DNA of 64,000 nt from Methanotrichaceae archaeon (GTDB taxonomy: Archaea > Halobacteriota > Methanosarcinia > Methanotrichales > Methanotrichaceae), in assembly GCA_963844955.1 (NCBI GenBank), contig CAWJQJ010000006.1:18679-82678 (forward strand), read 5' to 3'. Of this stretch, positions 28,998 through 40,352 are shown piece by piece. The notes beneath the pieces are model-generated. The model saw only the letters and a list, made by a program, of their open reading frames with translations. It was not told the origin of the DNA and made no database searches. The position numbers and the translations under genes were made by a program. The stretch's first letter is position 1. Every line of letters starts with the position of its first letter.

Positions 28998-30608
28998 ATG
29001 ATATATTTGGCACCTTTTATCGAGATACGGGATCTAACAGTTCGTTTTGGTGATGTTGCAGCCCTTCGCAATATAAATCTGGTTATAGATGAGGGCGAAT
29101 CGGTAGGGATCTTAGGCAGGAGCGGATGCGGCAAAAGCGTTCTCATGCATGTCCTGCGCGGGGTGGAGTCATTTCCCGGCATGTCCGGAAGCGTGATATT
29201 CCACGTGGCCAGATGCGATAAATGCCGCCACGTAGAGCCGCCCAGCCATGCCGGCGAAAAGTGCAAATGCGGCGGAGTTCTGACCCCAAAGCAGGCTGAT
29301 TTTGCGACGCTGGATATAAATGATCCTCTACGGCGCGACATTGTGTACAGAATCGCCATAATGCTGCAGAGGACCTTTGCCCTTTATGGCGATGAGCGCG
29401 TGATAACAAACGTTATGCGGGCTGTAGAGGAGAAGGGAGACACCATGAGCGTTCACCGCGCCGCAGACCTCCTGGATGAGGTAAATCTCTCCCACAGGCT
29501 GATGCACGTGGCCAGGGAGCTGTCCGGCGGAGAAAAGCAGCGCGTCGTCTTAGCCCGTCAGCTCGCCAAATCGCCCATGGTCCTTCTGGCAGATGAGCCG
29601 ACAGGAACCCTCGATCCGGCCACGGCCAAAGTTGTGCATGAATCCATCAAGCGCGCCGTCAAGGACTTCAATATGACCCTGATCATCACCAGCCACTGGG
29701 AAGATGTCATGATTGAGCTGACCGATAGGGCTATACTGCTGGATGGCGGAGAGATCAAGGCAGAAGGCAAGCCGAAAGATATCGCGGCTCAGTTCCTGGC
29801 CATGGCCGGCAAACTGGGCAAAAGGGAAGAGGTTGAAATAGGAGCGCCCATAATTAAGGCTAACAGCCTGGCTAAGAGATATATCAGCATCGATCGGGGC
29901 GTGGTGAAGGCCGTGGACAATGTCAACCTGGAGGTAAATGAGGGAGAGATATTCGGCCTGGTAGGCGTTTCCGGGGGCGGCAAGACCACACTCTCCAAGA
30001 TGGTGAGCGGCATTATCACACCCACCGGCGGCAGCATCTCGATGCGAGTAGGAGACGACTGGGTGGACATGACCGTGCTCGGCTCCAACGGCCGGGGGCG
30101 CGCTACAAAATACATCGGCATCCTCCATCAGGAGTACACCCTTTACCCCTCCCGAAGCGTTATCGAGAACCTGACTGAGGCCATCGGCCTCTCCCTGCCC
30201 TTTGAGCTGGCGGAGAGAAAGGCCATCCACACGCTGGAGACGGTGGGATTCACAGAGGAGCAGGCGGAGTCGGTCCTGGCCAAGATGCCGGATGAGCTCT
30301 CCGAGGGAGAGCGGCATCGGGTGGCCATGGCACAGGTGCTGATCAAGGAGCCGAGAATAGTAATCCTGGATGAGCCCACGGGAACCATGGATGCGATTAC
30401 CAAGATTGAGGTCACGAAATCCATCCTCAATGCCCGCCAGGAGCTGGGAGAGACATTCGTCATTGTCAGCCACGACATGGACTTCGTGAAAAATGTCTGC
30501 GATCGAGCCATGCTCATGCGCAACGGTCAGGCGATTTTCACCGGTCTTCCCAGTGAAGTCCTAGCCAAGATCACAGAAGAGGAAGAGAAGGAGATGCTGG
30601 GGAGTTAA
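28998..30608 (+). CDS. atwA: Methyl-coenzyme M reductase system component A2 (ABC-type ATPase)
   Basis: Two ABC domains, CxxC...CxC insert, IAIMLQRTFALY, LSEGERHR; heads the mmp cluster. Confidence 0.93.
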   Translation: MIYLAPFIEIRDLTVRFGDVAALRNINLVIDEGESVGILGRSGCGKSVLMHVLRGVESFPGMSGSVIFHVARCDKCRHVEPPSHAGEKCKCGGVLTPKQADFATLDINDPLRRDIVYRIAIMLQRTFALYGDERVITNVMRAVEEKGDTMSVHRAADLLDEVNLSHRLMHVARELSGGEKQRVVLARQLAKSPMVLLADEPTGTLDPATAKVVHESIKRAVKDFNMTLIITSHWEDVMIELTDRAILLDGGEIKAEGKPKDIAAQFLAMAGKLGKREEVEIGAPIIKANSLAKRYISIDRGVVKAVDNVNLEVNEGEIFGLVGVSGGGKTTLSKMVSGIITPTGGSISMRVGDDWVDMTVLGSNGRGRATKYIGILHQEYTLYPSRSVIENLTEAIGLSLPFELAERKAIHTLETVGFTEEQAESVLAKMPDELSEGERHRVAMAQVLIKEPRIVILDEPTGTMDAITKIEVTKSILNARQELGETFVIVSHDMDFVKNVCDRAMLMRNGQAIFTGLPSEVLAKITEEEEKEMLGS

Positions 30609-30610
30609 TT

Positions 30611-32135
30611 TTGAGAGTCTTCGTTGATGGCAGAGAGATCGAGATAGTGCCCGGAGCGCGGCTTGGCGATGCCCTGGGCAAGGCTGGCGCCAATCCTGCG
30701 AATGGTGCAATTGTTGGAGTGGTCAAAGGCCGGGGCGAGAAGAGTCGCCAGACCAACTCCTATTGGCTGCAAACCAGCAAGGGCAAACTGAGAATAGAGC
30801 TGATTGATGGCGATCTGCAGAAGATCTGGCACGAGAGCGTGGACAAGATCTCCGGATCAACTGTCAGATGGGCCTCGGCGGACGGGGTCGCCTTTGGCCC
30901 ATTTGCCTCCAACCTCTCTTTTGGGCGTGACGCCAAAGAATACAGCCGATGGGAGGTATTGCTCGGCGCAGCCGGATTTGACGCAGAGAATACTCAGCTC
31001 ATATTCGTCCGGAGGAGACATACGGCAGCCTATGGCACGCCAGAGGATGGCGGGCTGCTGGCTCATATTGTGGGCGGAAAGAATACCCTGGACCGACTGC
31101 AAACAGGCGATAAAATAGAGGGCATCGAGCCCATTGTGGAGTGGCAGGACATAACTGAGAAGCTGGCCACGCAGGACTTGAACCTGCCCCTGGAAGAGGA
31201 CAATGAGATATTTCACAAAAGTTGAGGCGGAGCTGATTGAGGATGCGCCGATAGGAGCGGAATTCTTCCTGTCTCTGACTCGAGACGGCACTATTAAAGT
31301 TGATACAGTCTCCAGCTCATATATCTCATCCGATCAACTGCTCACCGTGCCCATAGCCTTCGAGCACCGGGAGCCGCGTCTGGAAGGACTGGTGACGGTC
31401 AGAACCAGCGGGCGGGGTTTGGGCAGGGTTTTCATATACAAGCAGGACCGCACCTCCAACCCCGGACACTCGGCCGTGGCCAGGATCACTGCCGGAATGG
31501 ATATGGTAAAGCTGGCCGGGCCGGGACAGTTGATAACGGTAAATGTCTCGCCTGAGCGCATAATGCTCCTGGGCAGCAGCCTGGAGGACGCATTGACAGA
31601 GATGCAAGCTCGGGGCATCGGGGCTGAGGTAGAAGGCTACCAGGGGAAAGATGCCGTGGTGGTAAAGCAGGAGCCTGCAGCGACGATGGCCATTTTAAAG
31701 CACAAAAAGGTGCTCATTTCTGCTATTCCTTCCGCCCGTCTGATCTCCATCCAGCTTTACGATGATCTGGCTCCCCGGACCCTGGATTACTTCCGGCACG
31801 TAACCGGCCTGAAAGAGAGGCCGGTAGGGCCGTTGCCTGTCTATTTCGTCTACGAGAATACCCTGCTCTTCAAGCCGGAGATAGATGCCGTTCAGCTCAA
31901 GGAATTGCTTCCTGAAAACAAGCCTGCCGGCCCTGTGCCCGGCGGCTCAATTGCCGTTTCCAACCAGGTCTCAAAGAAGATCGGCCTGGTGGGAGTCAAG
32001 CTGGTGGATGATAAGCGCTACGGCCCGTCCGGCGAGAAATTCGAGGCCACAAATGTGATAGGCCGGGTACTGGAGCCAGAGAAGCTTAAGGATGTGTCGG
32101 AAGGGGAGACGATTTACGTCAAAGAGGTGCGATAA
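30611..32135 (+). CDS. mmp3: Methanogenesis marker protein 3, split by a +1 frameshift near 31212
   Basis: Two adjacent ORFs join as EIFTKV; GVKLVDDKRYGPSGEKFEATNVIG C-terminus; cluster order. Confidence 0.85.
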
Positions 32136-32551
32136 TGCTGGTCACAAAGTATGTGATAACATCCTCAGAGTCGAATATTCTTCCCTCTGATATCGCCATG
32201 AAGATTTACGGCTCGAAATACGATGTCAATGTCAAGGAGACCTGCTTTGGAGTGGTCGTGAACGGCGAAGAGGAAGTGATAAACTCGCTGATAAAAGAGA
32301 TCCGTTCTCTTGATCCTGCCGGCATATTCATCAAAGACCGGGGCTTTCCGCCGGGCGACCCCAGACGCTGCCGCGGCCGCAGAGGCGGAGGAGCAAGGCC
32401 CGGCTTTTATATGATCGAGTCTGAGTCGAAGATGCTGCCCATGATCTCCAGGGCACTGGCCTGGGAGGGCGAGGTCCCGGCCATTCCTGAAAAGAAGAAA
32501 CCTCTCCCCATGAAGAGGCTGGATGAAATAATGAAAGAGGGCAAATCCTGA
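32135..32551 (+). CDS. mmp6: Methanogenesis marker protein 6
   Basis: VKETCFG, KDRGFPPGDPRRCR..RGGGARPGF. Confidence 0.9.
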   Translation: MLVTKYVITSSESNILPSDIAMKIYGSKYDVNVKETCFGVVVNGEEEVINSLIKEIRSLDPAGIFIKDRGFPPGDPRRCRGRRGGGARPGFYMIESESKMLPMISRALAWEGEVPAIPEKKKPLPMKRLDEIMKEGKS

Positions 32552-32560
32552 GGTAAATCA

Positions 32561-32998
32561 ATGGCAAAAGTTATCGTTTATCCTCCCACCAGCATGATAC
32601 TCTCGGACCTTGTGGAGAGGATGGGCCACAAGGCGCTTGTGGTTCCGGAAGCAGTGCGAAGGCTGGTTACAGAAAATGAGATTCAATCGCCGCCTTTGAA
32701 TGTCACTCCCGAGGAGCCGAAGAAGGGGCTGCGCTATGCGGCTGTGGATGTTCCTTCGGGTGTGCGGGGCCGGATGGCTCTGATAGGGCCCATCATCGAG
32801 GAGGCGGAGGCGGCAATCATCGTGCAGGAAGCGGGAGTGCTGACAGGCTGCGCGGGCTGCTCTCGAACCAATGAGCTTGTCCGGCTGCTCATCAGGACCA
32901 AAGGAATTCCCGTCCTCGACTTAGCCTATCCCACAAATGATGCCGAGGCCAGAGTCTTTGTGCAAAAGATCAAGGCCTTTTTGGAGGGTTTAAATTGA
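32561..32998 (+). CDS. mmp5: Methanogenesis marker protein 5
   Basis: [25 protein letters not shown]. Confidence 0.9.
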   Translation: MAKVIVYPPTSMILSDLVERMGHKALVVPEAVRRLVTENEIQSPPLNVTPEEPKKGLRYAAVDVPSGVRGRMALIGPIIEEAEAAIIVQEAGVLTGCAGCSRTNELVRLLIRTKGIPVLDLAYPTNDAEARVFVQKIKAFLEGLN

Positions 32999-34221
32999 TT
33001 CGCATTGCTCAGCTCTCCTGCGGTTCGGAGTACAGCGGCATTCAAAAAGAGATCGAGCGCGCCGCAGAAACGGTAGGCGCAAAGATAGTCTATCCTGAGG
33101 TCTCTTTGGATGATATCCTGAATGTGGAGAGCACCTTCGGGGTGTCCGTCTCCTCAGGAGACCTCAATCTGGCCATGGCTCGGGCGGTACGCATCGTGGC
33201 CAATCCGGATCTGGCCGATGCCGTAATTGTCATGACCTGCTTTCGCTGCGCTGAGGCGGCCATCATCCGATCGGAGATTCGCAAGTTCATTCACGAGCAC
33301 TCCAAGATTCCCGTCTTGAGCTACTCCTTCACAGAGAGGACGACGGCAGAGACCCTGCTCACCAGGATGGAAGCATTGGTCACCACCGTCAAGTACCGGG
33401 GCCTGCTGGCCCGTGAGAAGCAGAAGGGCGTCACTGCCGGAATCGACTCCGGCTCCACCACCACCAAATCGGTGGTAATGAGGGACAATGAGGTGATAGG
33501 CACGGGCTGGAATCCCACCACCGAGGTCTTGAAGAGCGCTGAGGATGCCTTCCAGGCCGCCCTGAAGATGGCGGGACTCTCAAAGGAGGACGTCTCTGCC
33601 GTGGGCGTAACCGGCTACGGGCGTTTTCTGGTGGGCAAGCACATCAATGCCCGGCTGATTCAGGAGGAGATCACCGTCAACTCCAAGGGAGCCGTCTTTC
33701 TGGCGGATGCCCAGAAGGGGCCGGCTACGGTCATCGATATCGGCGGCATGGACAACAAGGCCATCTCCGTGCAGGACGGCATTCCGGGCGGCTTTACCAT
33801 GGGCGGAATATGCGCGGGAGCCTCGGGAAGATTCCTGGAGCTGACCGCCCGCAGGCTAGGCGTCGATATCACAGAACTGGGAAAGCTGGCACTTAAGGGC
33901 GACTTCAGGAACGTTGCCATGAACAGCTACTGCATAGTATTCGGTACGCAAAGCCTGGTCAACAGCCTCTCCATGGGCTGCAAGCCGGAAGATGTGGCTA
34001 TGGCCGCCTGCCACTCTGTGGCGGAGCAGGTCTATGAGCAGCAGCTGCAAGAGGTGGAGGTCAAGGAGCCGGTGATCATGGTGGGCGGAACCTCTCTTAT
34101 CGAGGGGCTGCCCAGAGCCATGGAAGAGCTTCTCCAGGTTAAGGTATCCGTTCCCAGGTACGCTCAGTACATCGGAGCGGTTGGCGCTGCTCTGCTCGTC
34201 TCGGGGCTGCTGGAGGATTAG
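32995..34221 (+). CDS. mmp15: Methanogenesis marker protein 15 (BadF/BcrA-type ATPase)
   Basis: [43 protein letters not shown]. Confidence 0.92.
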   Translation: MIRIAQLSCGSEYSGIQKEIERAAETVGAKIVYPEVSLDDILNVESTFGVSVSSGDLNLAMARAVRIVANPDLADAVIVMTCFRCAEAAIIRSEIRKFIHEHSKIPVLSYSFTERTTAETLLTRMEALVTTVKYRGLLAREKQKGVTAGIDSGSTTTKSVVMRDNEVIGTGWNPTTEVLKSAEDAFQAALKMAGLSKEDVSAVGVTGYGRFLVGKHINARLIQEEITVNSKGAVFLADAQKGPATVIDIGGMDNKAISVQDGIPGGFTMGGICAGASGRFLELTARRLGVDITELGKLALKGDFRNVAMNSYCIVFGTQSLVNSLSMGCKPEDVAMAACHSVAEQVYEQQLQEVEVKEPVIMVGGTSLIEGLPRAMEELLQVKVSVPRYAQYIGAVGAALLVSGLLED

Positions 34222-34223
34222 AG

Positions 34224-34796
34224 ATGGACCCAATGGAGGTCTTCAAGATTGAGGTCACGGGCGACGAGGAATACGGGGCTAAAAAGTACCGGGAGATCAT
34301 CATGGACATCTTGCAGGATCTCGGCCTCATCCGGTCCATCGGCAGGCTTTATGTTTATGTCGACATCCAAAAGCCATTCTTTTCCGTCTACGGCCTTCTT
34401 CGCTCCGGGATTCCGCCTCTCACCGTCAAGGATGTGGGCGATGTCATGAAGGTGCAGGGCGGCTATCAGATCAAGATCAATGATGAGGAGCATATGGCCG
34501 ATCTGCTCCGGGTGCTCTGGGAACGCTATGGAAGGGAGAGAGTAGAGCAACCGGCAAGGGACATCGTGATCATAGCCTCGGATACATCGCCCTCAGAGCT
34601 TATGGTGACTGACCTGGAGGCGGAGTACTTGCAGGATCTGGCCGACGCTCTGGTGAGAGTGGCACCGGAAGGCTTTCGCAACCGGCGCAATGAGATGACC
34701 AAAGACAGCTTCTTTTTCATAGCCGCTGAGGAGAGCTTGACGCCGGAGATGGTATCTGAGATCAGAGGAAAGATCCGGGAGATGGAGAATGCTTGA
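34224..34796 (+). CDS. mmp17: Methanogenesis marker protein 17
   Basis: LWERYGRERVEQP, RVAPEGFR; cluster order. Confidence 0.85.
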   Translation: MDPMEVFKIEVTGDEEYGAKKYREIIMDILQDLGLIRSIGRLYVYVDIQKPFFSVYGLLRSGIPPLTVKDVGDVMKVQGGYQIKINDEEHMADLLRVLWERYGRERVEQPARDIVIIASDTSPSELMVTDLEAEYLQDLADALVRVAPEGFRNRRNEMTKDSFFFIAAEESLTPEMVSEIRGKIREMENA

Positions 34797-35712
34797 GCCT
34801 GTGATGTTCACCGGAGGGTTGTACAAGCACGACCTGGTCGTGGAGCTGGTAGAGGACCTGGGAGGCTACATCCTGCAAAAGAATGTTACCCAGACCGAGA
34901 TCATCCTTTTGATACTGGTCCCCTCTGAGGATAAAGCTGCCCTGGAGGGGCTGGCCAAGGAGCTGCGGGGTGAATTGGTGAGAGCCCCGCTGGCCGGAAC
35001 CGAGGTGGCGGTGGTAACGCCAACTCTGGCCATTCACCATCTGCCGCATGTCGCCTGCGATACAGCCGAATATCTGCGCCGGCACGGCTCCAAGACCAAC
35101 ATGCTGGGATTGGCCAGAGGCGTCGGTCGCGAGATCGCCCAGATCGATGAGTACGAGACGGCTCTCATAAACGAGCATGATGCCGCCGTATTCATATTCG
35201 GAAACTTTCAGGAGTGCATCAAGAAGAAGGAGAGCTTATACAGAAACATCAGCGTGCCTGTGGTGGTCACAGGCGGACCGCAGATCGAGGCCAAAGAGCT
35301 TCCCTATGCCTTTGAGTATGTCCCGTCCATCGGGCGGATGGCTCACCGATCCAGAAAGGCTACGGAGATTGGATCTTTGGACAGGATCGTCGACGCGGTG
35401 GGCAGAGCTCTGGATAAAACGAGAGCCTCCATTGCCAAGGATCCGCTCACCACCTCGCCGCCTCGCGTCATGGATGCCGTGCGCGAACAGGTGCCGGATG
35501 TGGAGTTCTCCTATTCGCCGCTGCCAATTGCCTTGAATCTCACCGGCGCGCGCGTGAAGCTGCCCTATGATGTTTATAAAGATGCGGTAAAGGCCGTAAC
35601 CTTCGATGAGGGTGTGAAGCTGGGTGAGATTGCCACTATCAAGCCGTCGCGGATGAAAGATTATATACTGGTGAGGATATTGCCCGCTTCTGAGACCGGA
35701 TTCGTTTTCTAA
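34789..35712 (+). CDS. mmp7: Methanogenesis marker protein 7
   Basis: FTGGLYKHD..ELVEDLGG, HHLPHVACD, GLARGVG. Confidence 0.9.
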   Translation: MLEPVMFTGGLYKHDLVVELVEDLGGYILQKNVTQTEIILLILVPSEDKAALEGLAKELRGELVRAPLAGTEVAVVTPTLAIHHLPHVACDTAEYLRRHGSKTNMLGLARGVGREIAQIDEYETALINEHDAAVFIFGNFQECIKKKESLYRNISVPVVVTGGPQIEAKELPYAFEYVPSIGRMAHRSRKATEIGSLDRIVDAVGRALDKTRASIAKDPLTTSPPRVMDAVREQVPDVEFSYSPLPIALNLTGARVKLPYDVYKDAVKAVTFDEGVKLGEIATIKPSRMKDYILVRILPASETGFVF

Positions 35713-35745
35713 GTCCTGGTGCGGGTCTCAGAAAGAGGAGAGAGC

Positions 35746-36198
35746 ATGAGCTTTGAGGATGAGCTGGATGCCATTTTGGTCAAAGGCAAGGAGAAGGCAG
35801 CAGACGATATTTTAAAAGCGGTGGAGAGCGCTTACGGCGAGGTTCCCTATGTATTTTCATTTATGCAGGATAACCCCGAGATCCTCATCACCAAGGTGCT
35901 GCACAACAATGCCATCCAGCGAAGCTCTACCTTGGACGCCAAGACCATCGAGCTGATCTCGGTTGCCGTTTCCTCGGCCATGAGGTGCAGCCACTGTCTG
36001 AAGCTTCACATCCGCATCGCCTCCAATCTGGGCATCCCGGACGACCAGATTGCAGCAGCTGTATTTCTGGCAGGAAACCTGGCATCGGCCAGCGTGCTGG
36101 CCACGGCCACCCGCCATCTGGATGAGGAGAGGGATGTCTGCCGGGTCTGCGAGATAGGCAGCAAAGCCTGCGAGATACACGGTGAGAAGAAAGATTGA
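35746..36198 (+). CDS. Carboxymuconolactone decarboxylase/AhpD family protein
   Basis: ELISVAVSSAMRCSHCLKLH (CxxC) plus Cys-rich tail. Confidence 0.85.
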   Translation: MSFEDELDAILVKGKEKAADDILKAVESAYGEVPYVFSFMQDNPEILITKVLHNNAIQRSSTLDAKTIELISVAVSSAMRCSHCLKLHIRIASNLGIPDDQIAAAVFLAGNLASASVLATATRHLDEERDVCRVCEIGSKACEIHGEKKD

Positions 36199-36678
36199 TT
36201 CATTCGCATCATCGCCGTGGGGCGTCTGCGGGAGAAGTACTGGCAGGATGCGGCTGCGGACTTCTCCCGCCGCCTTCGTCCCTATGCCCGCCTGGAGTTG
36301 ATTGAGGTGCCCGAGGCGCATATTAAAGAGGCGGCCTCACAGGCTGAGGAGAAGAAAGCCATGCAAGAGGAGGCACTGACTATTCTCGGGAAGCTGAAGC
36401 GTCACAGCGGCCCGGTTATTGTCCTGGATCGAATGGGAAAAGCGCTTGACTCGCCAGAGCTGGCCTCCTGCCTGCACAGGGCCGTCCTGGAAGGAAAGAC
36501 AGAGGCGGCCTTTGTCATCGGCGGGCCGCTGGGGCTCGCGCCTGAGGTTCTAGAGAGGGCGGACCTGCTCCTATCCTTTTCCAGAATGACCTTCCCTCAC
36601 CAGATGATGAGGATCATTCTGCTGGAGCAGATCTACCGGAGCTTTCGCATCATGCACCGTGAGCCTTACCATAAGTGA
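36195..36678 (+). CDS. rlmH: 23S rRNA pseudouridine-1915 N3-methyltransferase; probable +1 error just after the TTG start
   Basis: IRIIAVG.LREKY, FVIGGPLGL, FSRMTFPHQMMRIILLEQIYR...PYHK. Confidence 0.9.
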
Positions 36679-36721
36679 TGGCTGATAAGCGATAATAGAT
36701 TAGAAATTAAAAAAAGAATGC

Positions 36722-37330
36722 TCAGGAATTAGATCTTCTGGCGGTAGCACTTCCGTTTTCCGCCAGCTCTTCCATCTCATAGAGCTCGTAGCTGCCTTGC
36801 AGCTCGCTGCTGAGCAGGTTCATATCCAGCCTGTAGTCCTTCTGCTGCTGCACTAATTTTACATCCAGGCTTATGCCCTCGTCGGATATGGAGCCGGTGG
36901 CGGTAGCTGGAATATCCAGGCCCCCTTCGATAAGAGTGCCGTAACCCTGCAGCCGCTGTCCGGTCTGGATCAGTATCAGATCGATAGCTTTTCCTGCATC
37001 CTGCTCTGCCGGGCTTCCGTTCGGATCCTTTTCCAGCATGACCTTCCACTTTCCCGCCAGGTCGATGGGAGGTGCCTCATTCACAACGGCAGCGGTGTTA
37101 TTCGTGCTCGCTTTTTGGCTCTTCTCATCCGTCTCGTTCGTCACGATTGTCGCGCCGTCGGCATTTGCCGTGGCACTGCTCCCGGTGGAGGATGCCACAG
37201 CATCGTCGAACATCGGATCCTCAAGAAAATCGGTATTGTCCCTGATTACCCATTTCCCGCAGCCTGCATAGGCCGGGCTGGCCAGCACTGCCAGGATCAA
37301 TACCGCGCTTACGATTAACTGGCTCTTCAA
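36722..37330 (-). CDS. Secreted protein with C-terminal beta-rich domain
   Basis: Signal peptide; DLAGKW...LIQTG...GYGTL...GSY domain shared with paralogs. Confidence 0.75.
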   Translation of the reverse strand: MKSQLIVSAVLILAVLASPAYAGCGKWVIRDNTDFLEDPMFDDAVASSTGSSATANADGATIVTNETDEKSQKASTNNTAAVVNEAPPIDLAGKWKVMLEKDPNGSPAEQDAGKAIDLILIQTGQRLQGYGTLIEGGLDIPATATGSISDEGISLDVKLVQQQKDYRLDMNLLSSELQGSYELYEMEELAENGSATARRSNS

Positions 37331-37402
37331 TTTGTGGTCCTCCTTTAAGTGATTGGATGCATGCTTTTATTCATTTTGCTCTTGATTTTGGTGCTGTCCC
37401 CT

Positions 37403-38635
37403 CTAAGAGGCAAATCTGGTGGCGGTAACATTCCCCTTGCCGATCAGATCTTCACCGGAATACATCTCGTAGCTTCCGGAGATGACCCTATCCACTTTCA
37501 CCAGCTCCAGATCTATGCTCTTGTCTATCTTGTTGCCGTATTCGCTGACTACGGTATTAACCTCAAGACTCATGGAATTGCCGGAAACTGAGCCTTTGGC
37601 GCTGACCTGGAGCTTGGTGTTCTGCTCATTGAGAGTCCCCATGCCCATGACGCTCTCGCCGGTCTGAATAAGTGTGAGTGGATTTAATGTAGCGCCCTCA
37701 TTCTCCAGCTTTATCGTCCACTTGCCCTCCACTTCCATGATCTCGGGCTCCTTGAGCTCGACCTGGGCTGGCTCAACCTCCGCAGTCTCTGCTATTGCCT
37801 GTGTGGCAGCCTCAACCGGGGCCTTGGGCGAAGGGTCCGGCATTTGCATATTTGGCCCGCTGACCGGTGCGGTCGTGCGCGACCTCTCGTCGGGAGCCAC
37901 TCTCGGCTTGCTCTCAATGGGATCGGAGGTTCTCGATTCAGGATGAGCATCAGAAGTGGCGAACGAGGTATCTGCATAAGCAGCATCATATTCGGTATTT
38001 AGAACAGAGGTTGATGCGGCGGACGACGTATCCGGGACGTCTGCCGTTGTTGACGCAGGAGTCACATCAACATCTCCCTTTTGAGGGATCGCGCCAATGA
38101 TATAGCCCGTCTCCCGGCTGTCTTCAGCAGCAGCAGATCCGGCACGCATTACCCGGACGGTAATCTGGTTTTCTCCCACATCTGCCTCGGTGGTATTCCA
38201 GGTCCAGGTGCTTTGCTCTATCCAGCCGGTCTCATCCCTCAAATCGCCGCCCGTCGATGGTCCTTTGAGCAGAAAATTGTAGAGCATCTTTTCATTATTG
38301 GGATTGGATGCTTCTGCCTTCCAGGTTATAGCCACTCCCGGGCTCTGGGGACCGGGTATATCCGGACTTATATTCTGAATTGTTGCATTTTGGCTGGCCT
38401 TGGCAACCTCTCCCAGAGTTACAGCTGCCTTTGCAGGAGCGGATGGTGCAGAGGGCGATATGCCAGACGTACCCTGGTTTTGATTTTTGCTCACATAAAA
38501 GTCAGTATCCCCCGAAGTGTCTCCCAGAGGATTTGAGCCGCATCCCTGCCCTAAAGCCGCTATGCTGAGCAGAAAGGGCAAAGCTGCCATACAAAAGAGC
38601 ACAGCTATGCAAAGAGACAATATCTTGCACTTCAT
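37403..38635 (-). CDS. Secreted protein with Ig-like domain and C-terminal beta-rich domain
   Basis: Signal peptide; WTWNT Ig-like segment; EGKW...LIQTG...GSY domain. Confidence 0.75.
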   Translation of the reverse strand: MKCKILSLCIAVLFCMAALPFLLSIAALGQGCGSNPLGDTSGDTDFYVSKNQNQGTSGISPSAPSAPAKAAVTLGEVAKASQNATIQNISPDIPGPQSPGVAITWKAEASNPNNEKMLYNFLLKGPSTGGDLRDETGWIEQSTWTWNTTEADVGENQITVRVMRAGSAAAEDSRETGYIIGAIPQKGDVDVTPASTTADVPDTSSAASTSVLNTEYDAAYADTSFATSDAHPESRTSDPIESKPRVAPDERSRTTAPVSGPNMQMPDPSPKAPVEAATQAIAETAEVEPAQVELKEPEIMEVEGKWTIKLENEGATLNPLTLIQTGESVMGMGTLNEQNTKLQVSAKGSVSGNSMSLEVNTVVSEYGNKIDKSIDLELVKVDRVISGSYEMYSGEDLIGKGNVTATRFAS

Positions 38636-38834
38636 CTATCCTAAACCTCCACCATTCTCAACAGGCCATCGGATTTGCCACGGTTTAAAGCTTCCCCTTG
38701 GAAACGTCATTCAACGAAGAAATCCCTCTGGCATCCGTCCTTCTTGCACCCGTCCTTATCCCTCGTTAGCTTTATCAATCATTAAAGATCTTAATGCTAG
38801 AACGGCCCGGTTGGCCGAGGGTGATTGAGCATGA

Positions 38835-40352
38835 ATGCGTGGGATCGCTTTATTTGGTAAAATTCGATTTCTAGACACTACCTTGCGTGACGGTGAACAG
38901 ACACCGGGCGTCTCGTTAGGTATGGATGAGAAGCTCGCCATTGCCCAGGCGCTTGACTCTCTGGGAGTGGATGTGATTGAAGCCGGCTCTGCCATGACCT
39001 CAGAGGGAGAACGGCTGTCGATAAAAGCAGTTGCCGATTTTGGACTCAGGGCTGAGATATGCAGCTACGTTCGGGCTTTGACCGCAGATATCGATACGGC
39101 TTTAGGCTGCGATGTAGATTCCGTGCATCTAGTGGTGCCTGTATCGGATCTTCATATCGAGTGCAAGCTCAAATCCGATCGAAAATCGGTGATAAATAGG
39201 GCCGTGGAGGTGACAGAGTATGCCAAAGATCACGGCCTCGTCGTGGAGCTGTCCGGAGAGGATGCCAGCCGCGCCGATCAGGATTATCTGGTAAGCCTTT
39301 ACATGGCCGGCATCGAGGCCGGAGCCGATAGGCTGGCTTTTTGTGATACCGTGGGAGTGCTGGTTCCCGAGGTGACGGGGCAGATCTTTTCCCGGCTCAC
39401 TCAATTGGGAGTGCCGATCAGCATACACTGCCACAACGATTTCGGCATGGCCACCGCCAATACCGTGGCGGCGCTTCGGGCCGGTGCGGCCCAGGCGCAC
39501 GTTACCGTGAACGGCATAGGTGAGCGAGCCGGCAATGCCAGCCTGGAAGAGGTGGTAATGACCCTGGAATCCCTTTACAAGATCAACACCGGCATCAAAT
39601 GCCAGGATATCTACCAGCTCTCTCGACTGGTCTCGCGCATGACCGGCCTTCCTATGGGCCCCAACAAGGCTATTGTGGGAGAGAATGCCTTTACGCATGA
39701 GGCTGGAATTCATGTGCACGGACTCCTGGCGGATACCAGGACATATGAGCCGATGCATCCGGAGACCGTGGGCAGGAAGAGGCGCATAGTGCTGGGCAAG
39801 CATGCCGGTCGCGCCTCGGTGGAACTGGCCCTGCGCGAGTTCGGCCTCTGTGCCAGCGAGACGCAGCTCGCCCAGATAGTGGCCCGGGTAAAGGAACTGG
39901 GAGACAAAGGCAAGCGCGTCTCAGATGCCGATCTGCAGACAATAGCCGACACCGTGCTCTCCATTCAAATGGAGCCTAAGGTTAAATTGGAGGAGGTAAC
40001 TGTGGTGGCCGGAAATACGGTAACTCCCACGGCCTCGGTCAAGATCCAGCTTAACGGGGCAGAGAAGCTGGAGGCGGGAACCGGCGTCGGGCCGGTGGAT
40101 GCGGCCATAAATGCCATAAAGCGGGCAATATCAGGTGTGGCGGATGTGAGGCTAGAGGAGTATCATGTGGACGCCATAACGGGCGGAACAAATGCGGTTG
40201 TAGAAGTATGGGTGACGATGGCAATGGCAGACAGGAAGATAACGGCTCGGGGAGCCGACGCTGATATAATCATGGCATCGGTCGAGGCGGTGCTGGAGGG
40301 CATCAACCGGCTGATGCGCCTGGAAGAGGAGGATAAAGCCAAATGTCTCTAA
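38835..40352 (+). CDS. cimA: (R)-citramalate synthase (LeuA/CimA family)
   Basis: [20 protein letters not shown], allosteric domain GVGPVDA; linkage to ilvBNC favours cimA over leuA. Confidence 0.75.
   Translation: MRGIALFGKIRFLDTTLRDGEQTPGVSLGMDEKLAIAQALDSLGVDVIEAGSAMTSEGERLSIKAVADFGLRAEICSYVRALTADIDTALGCDVDSVHLVVPVSDLHIECKLKSDRKSVINRAVEVTEYAKDHGLVVELSGEDASRADQDYLVSLYMAGIEAGADRLAFCDTVGVLVPEVTGQIFSRLTQLGVPISIHCHNDFGMATANTVAALRAGAAQAHVTVNGIGERAGNASLEEVVMTLESLYKINTGIKCQDIYQLSRLVSRMTGLPMGPNKAIVGENAFTHEAGIHVHGLLADTRTYEPMHPETVGRKRRIVLGKHAGRASVELALREFGLCASETQLAQIVARVKELGDKGKRVSDADLQTIADTVLSIQMEPKVKLEEVTVVAGNTVTPTASVKIQLNGAEKLEAGTGVGPVDAAINAIKRAISGVADVRLEEYHVDAITGGTNAVVEVWVTMAMADRKITARGADADIIMASVEAVLEGINRLMRLEEEDKAKCL

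Noticed and set aside
31203-31225. Programmed frameshift or true split of mmp3
   Set aside because: One of several similar +1 indels with no slippery site; sequencing error is more likely.
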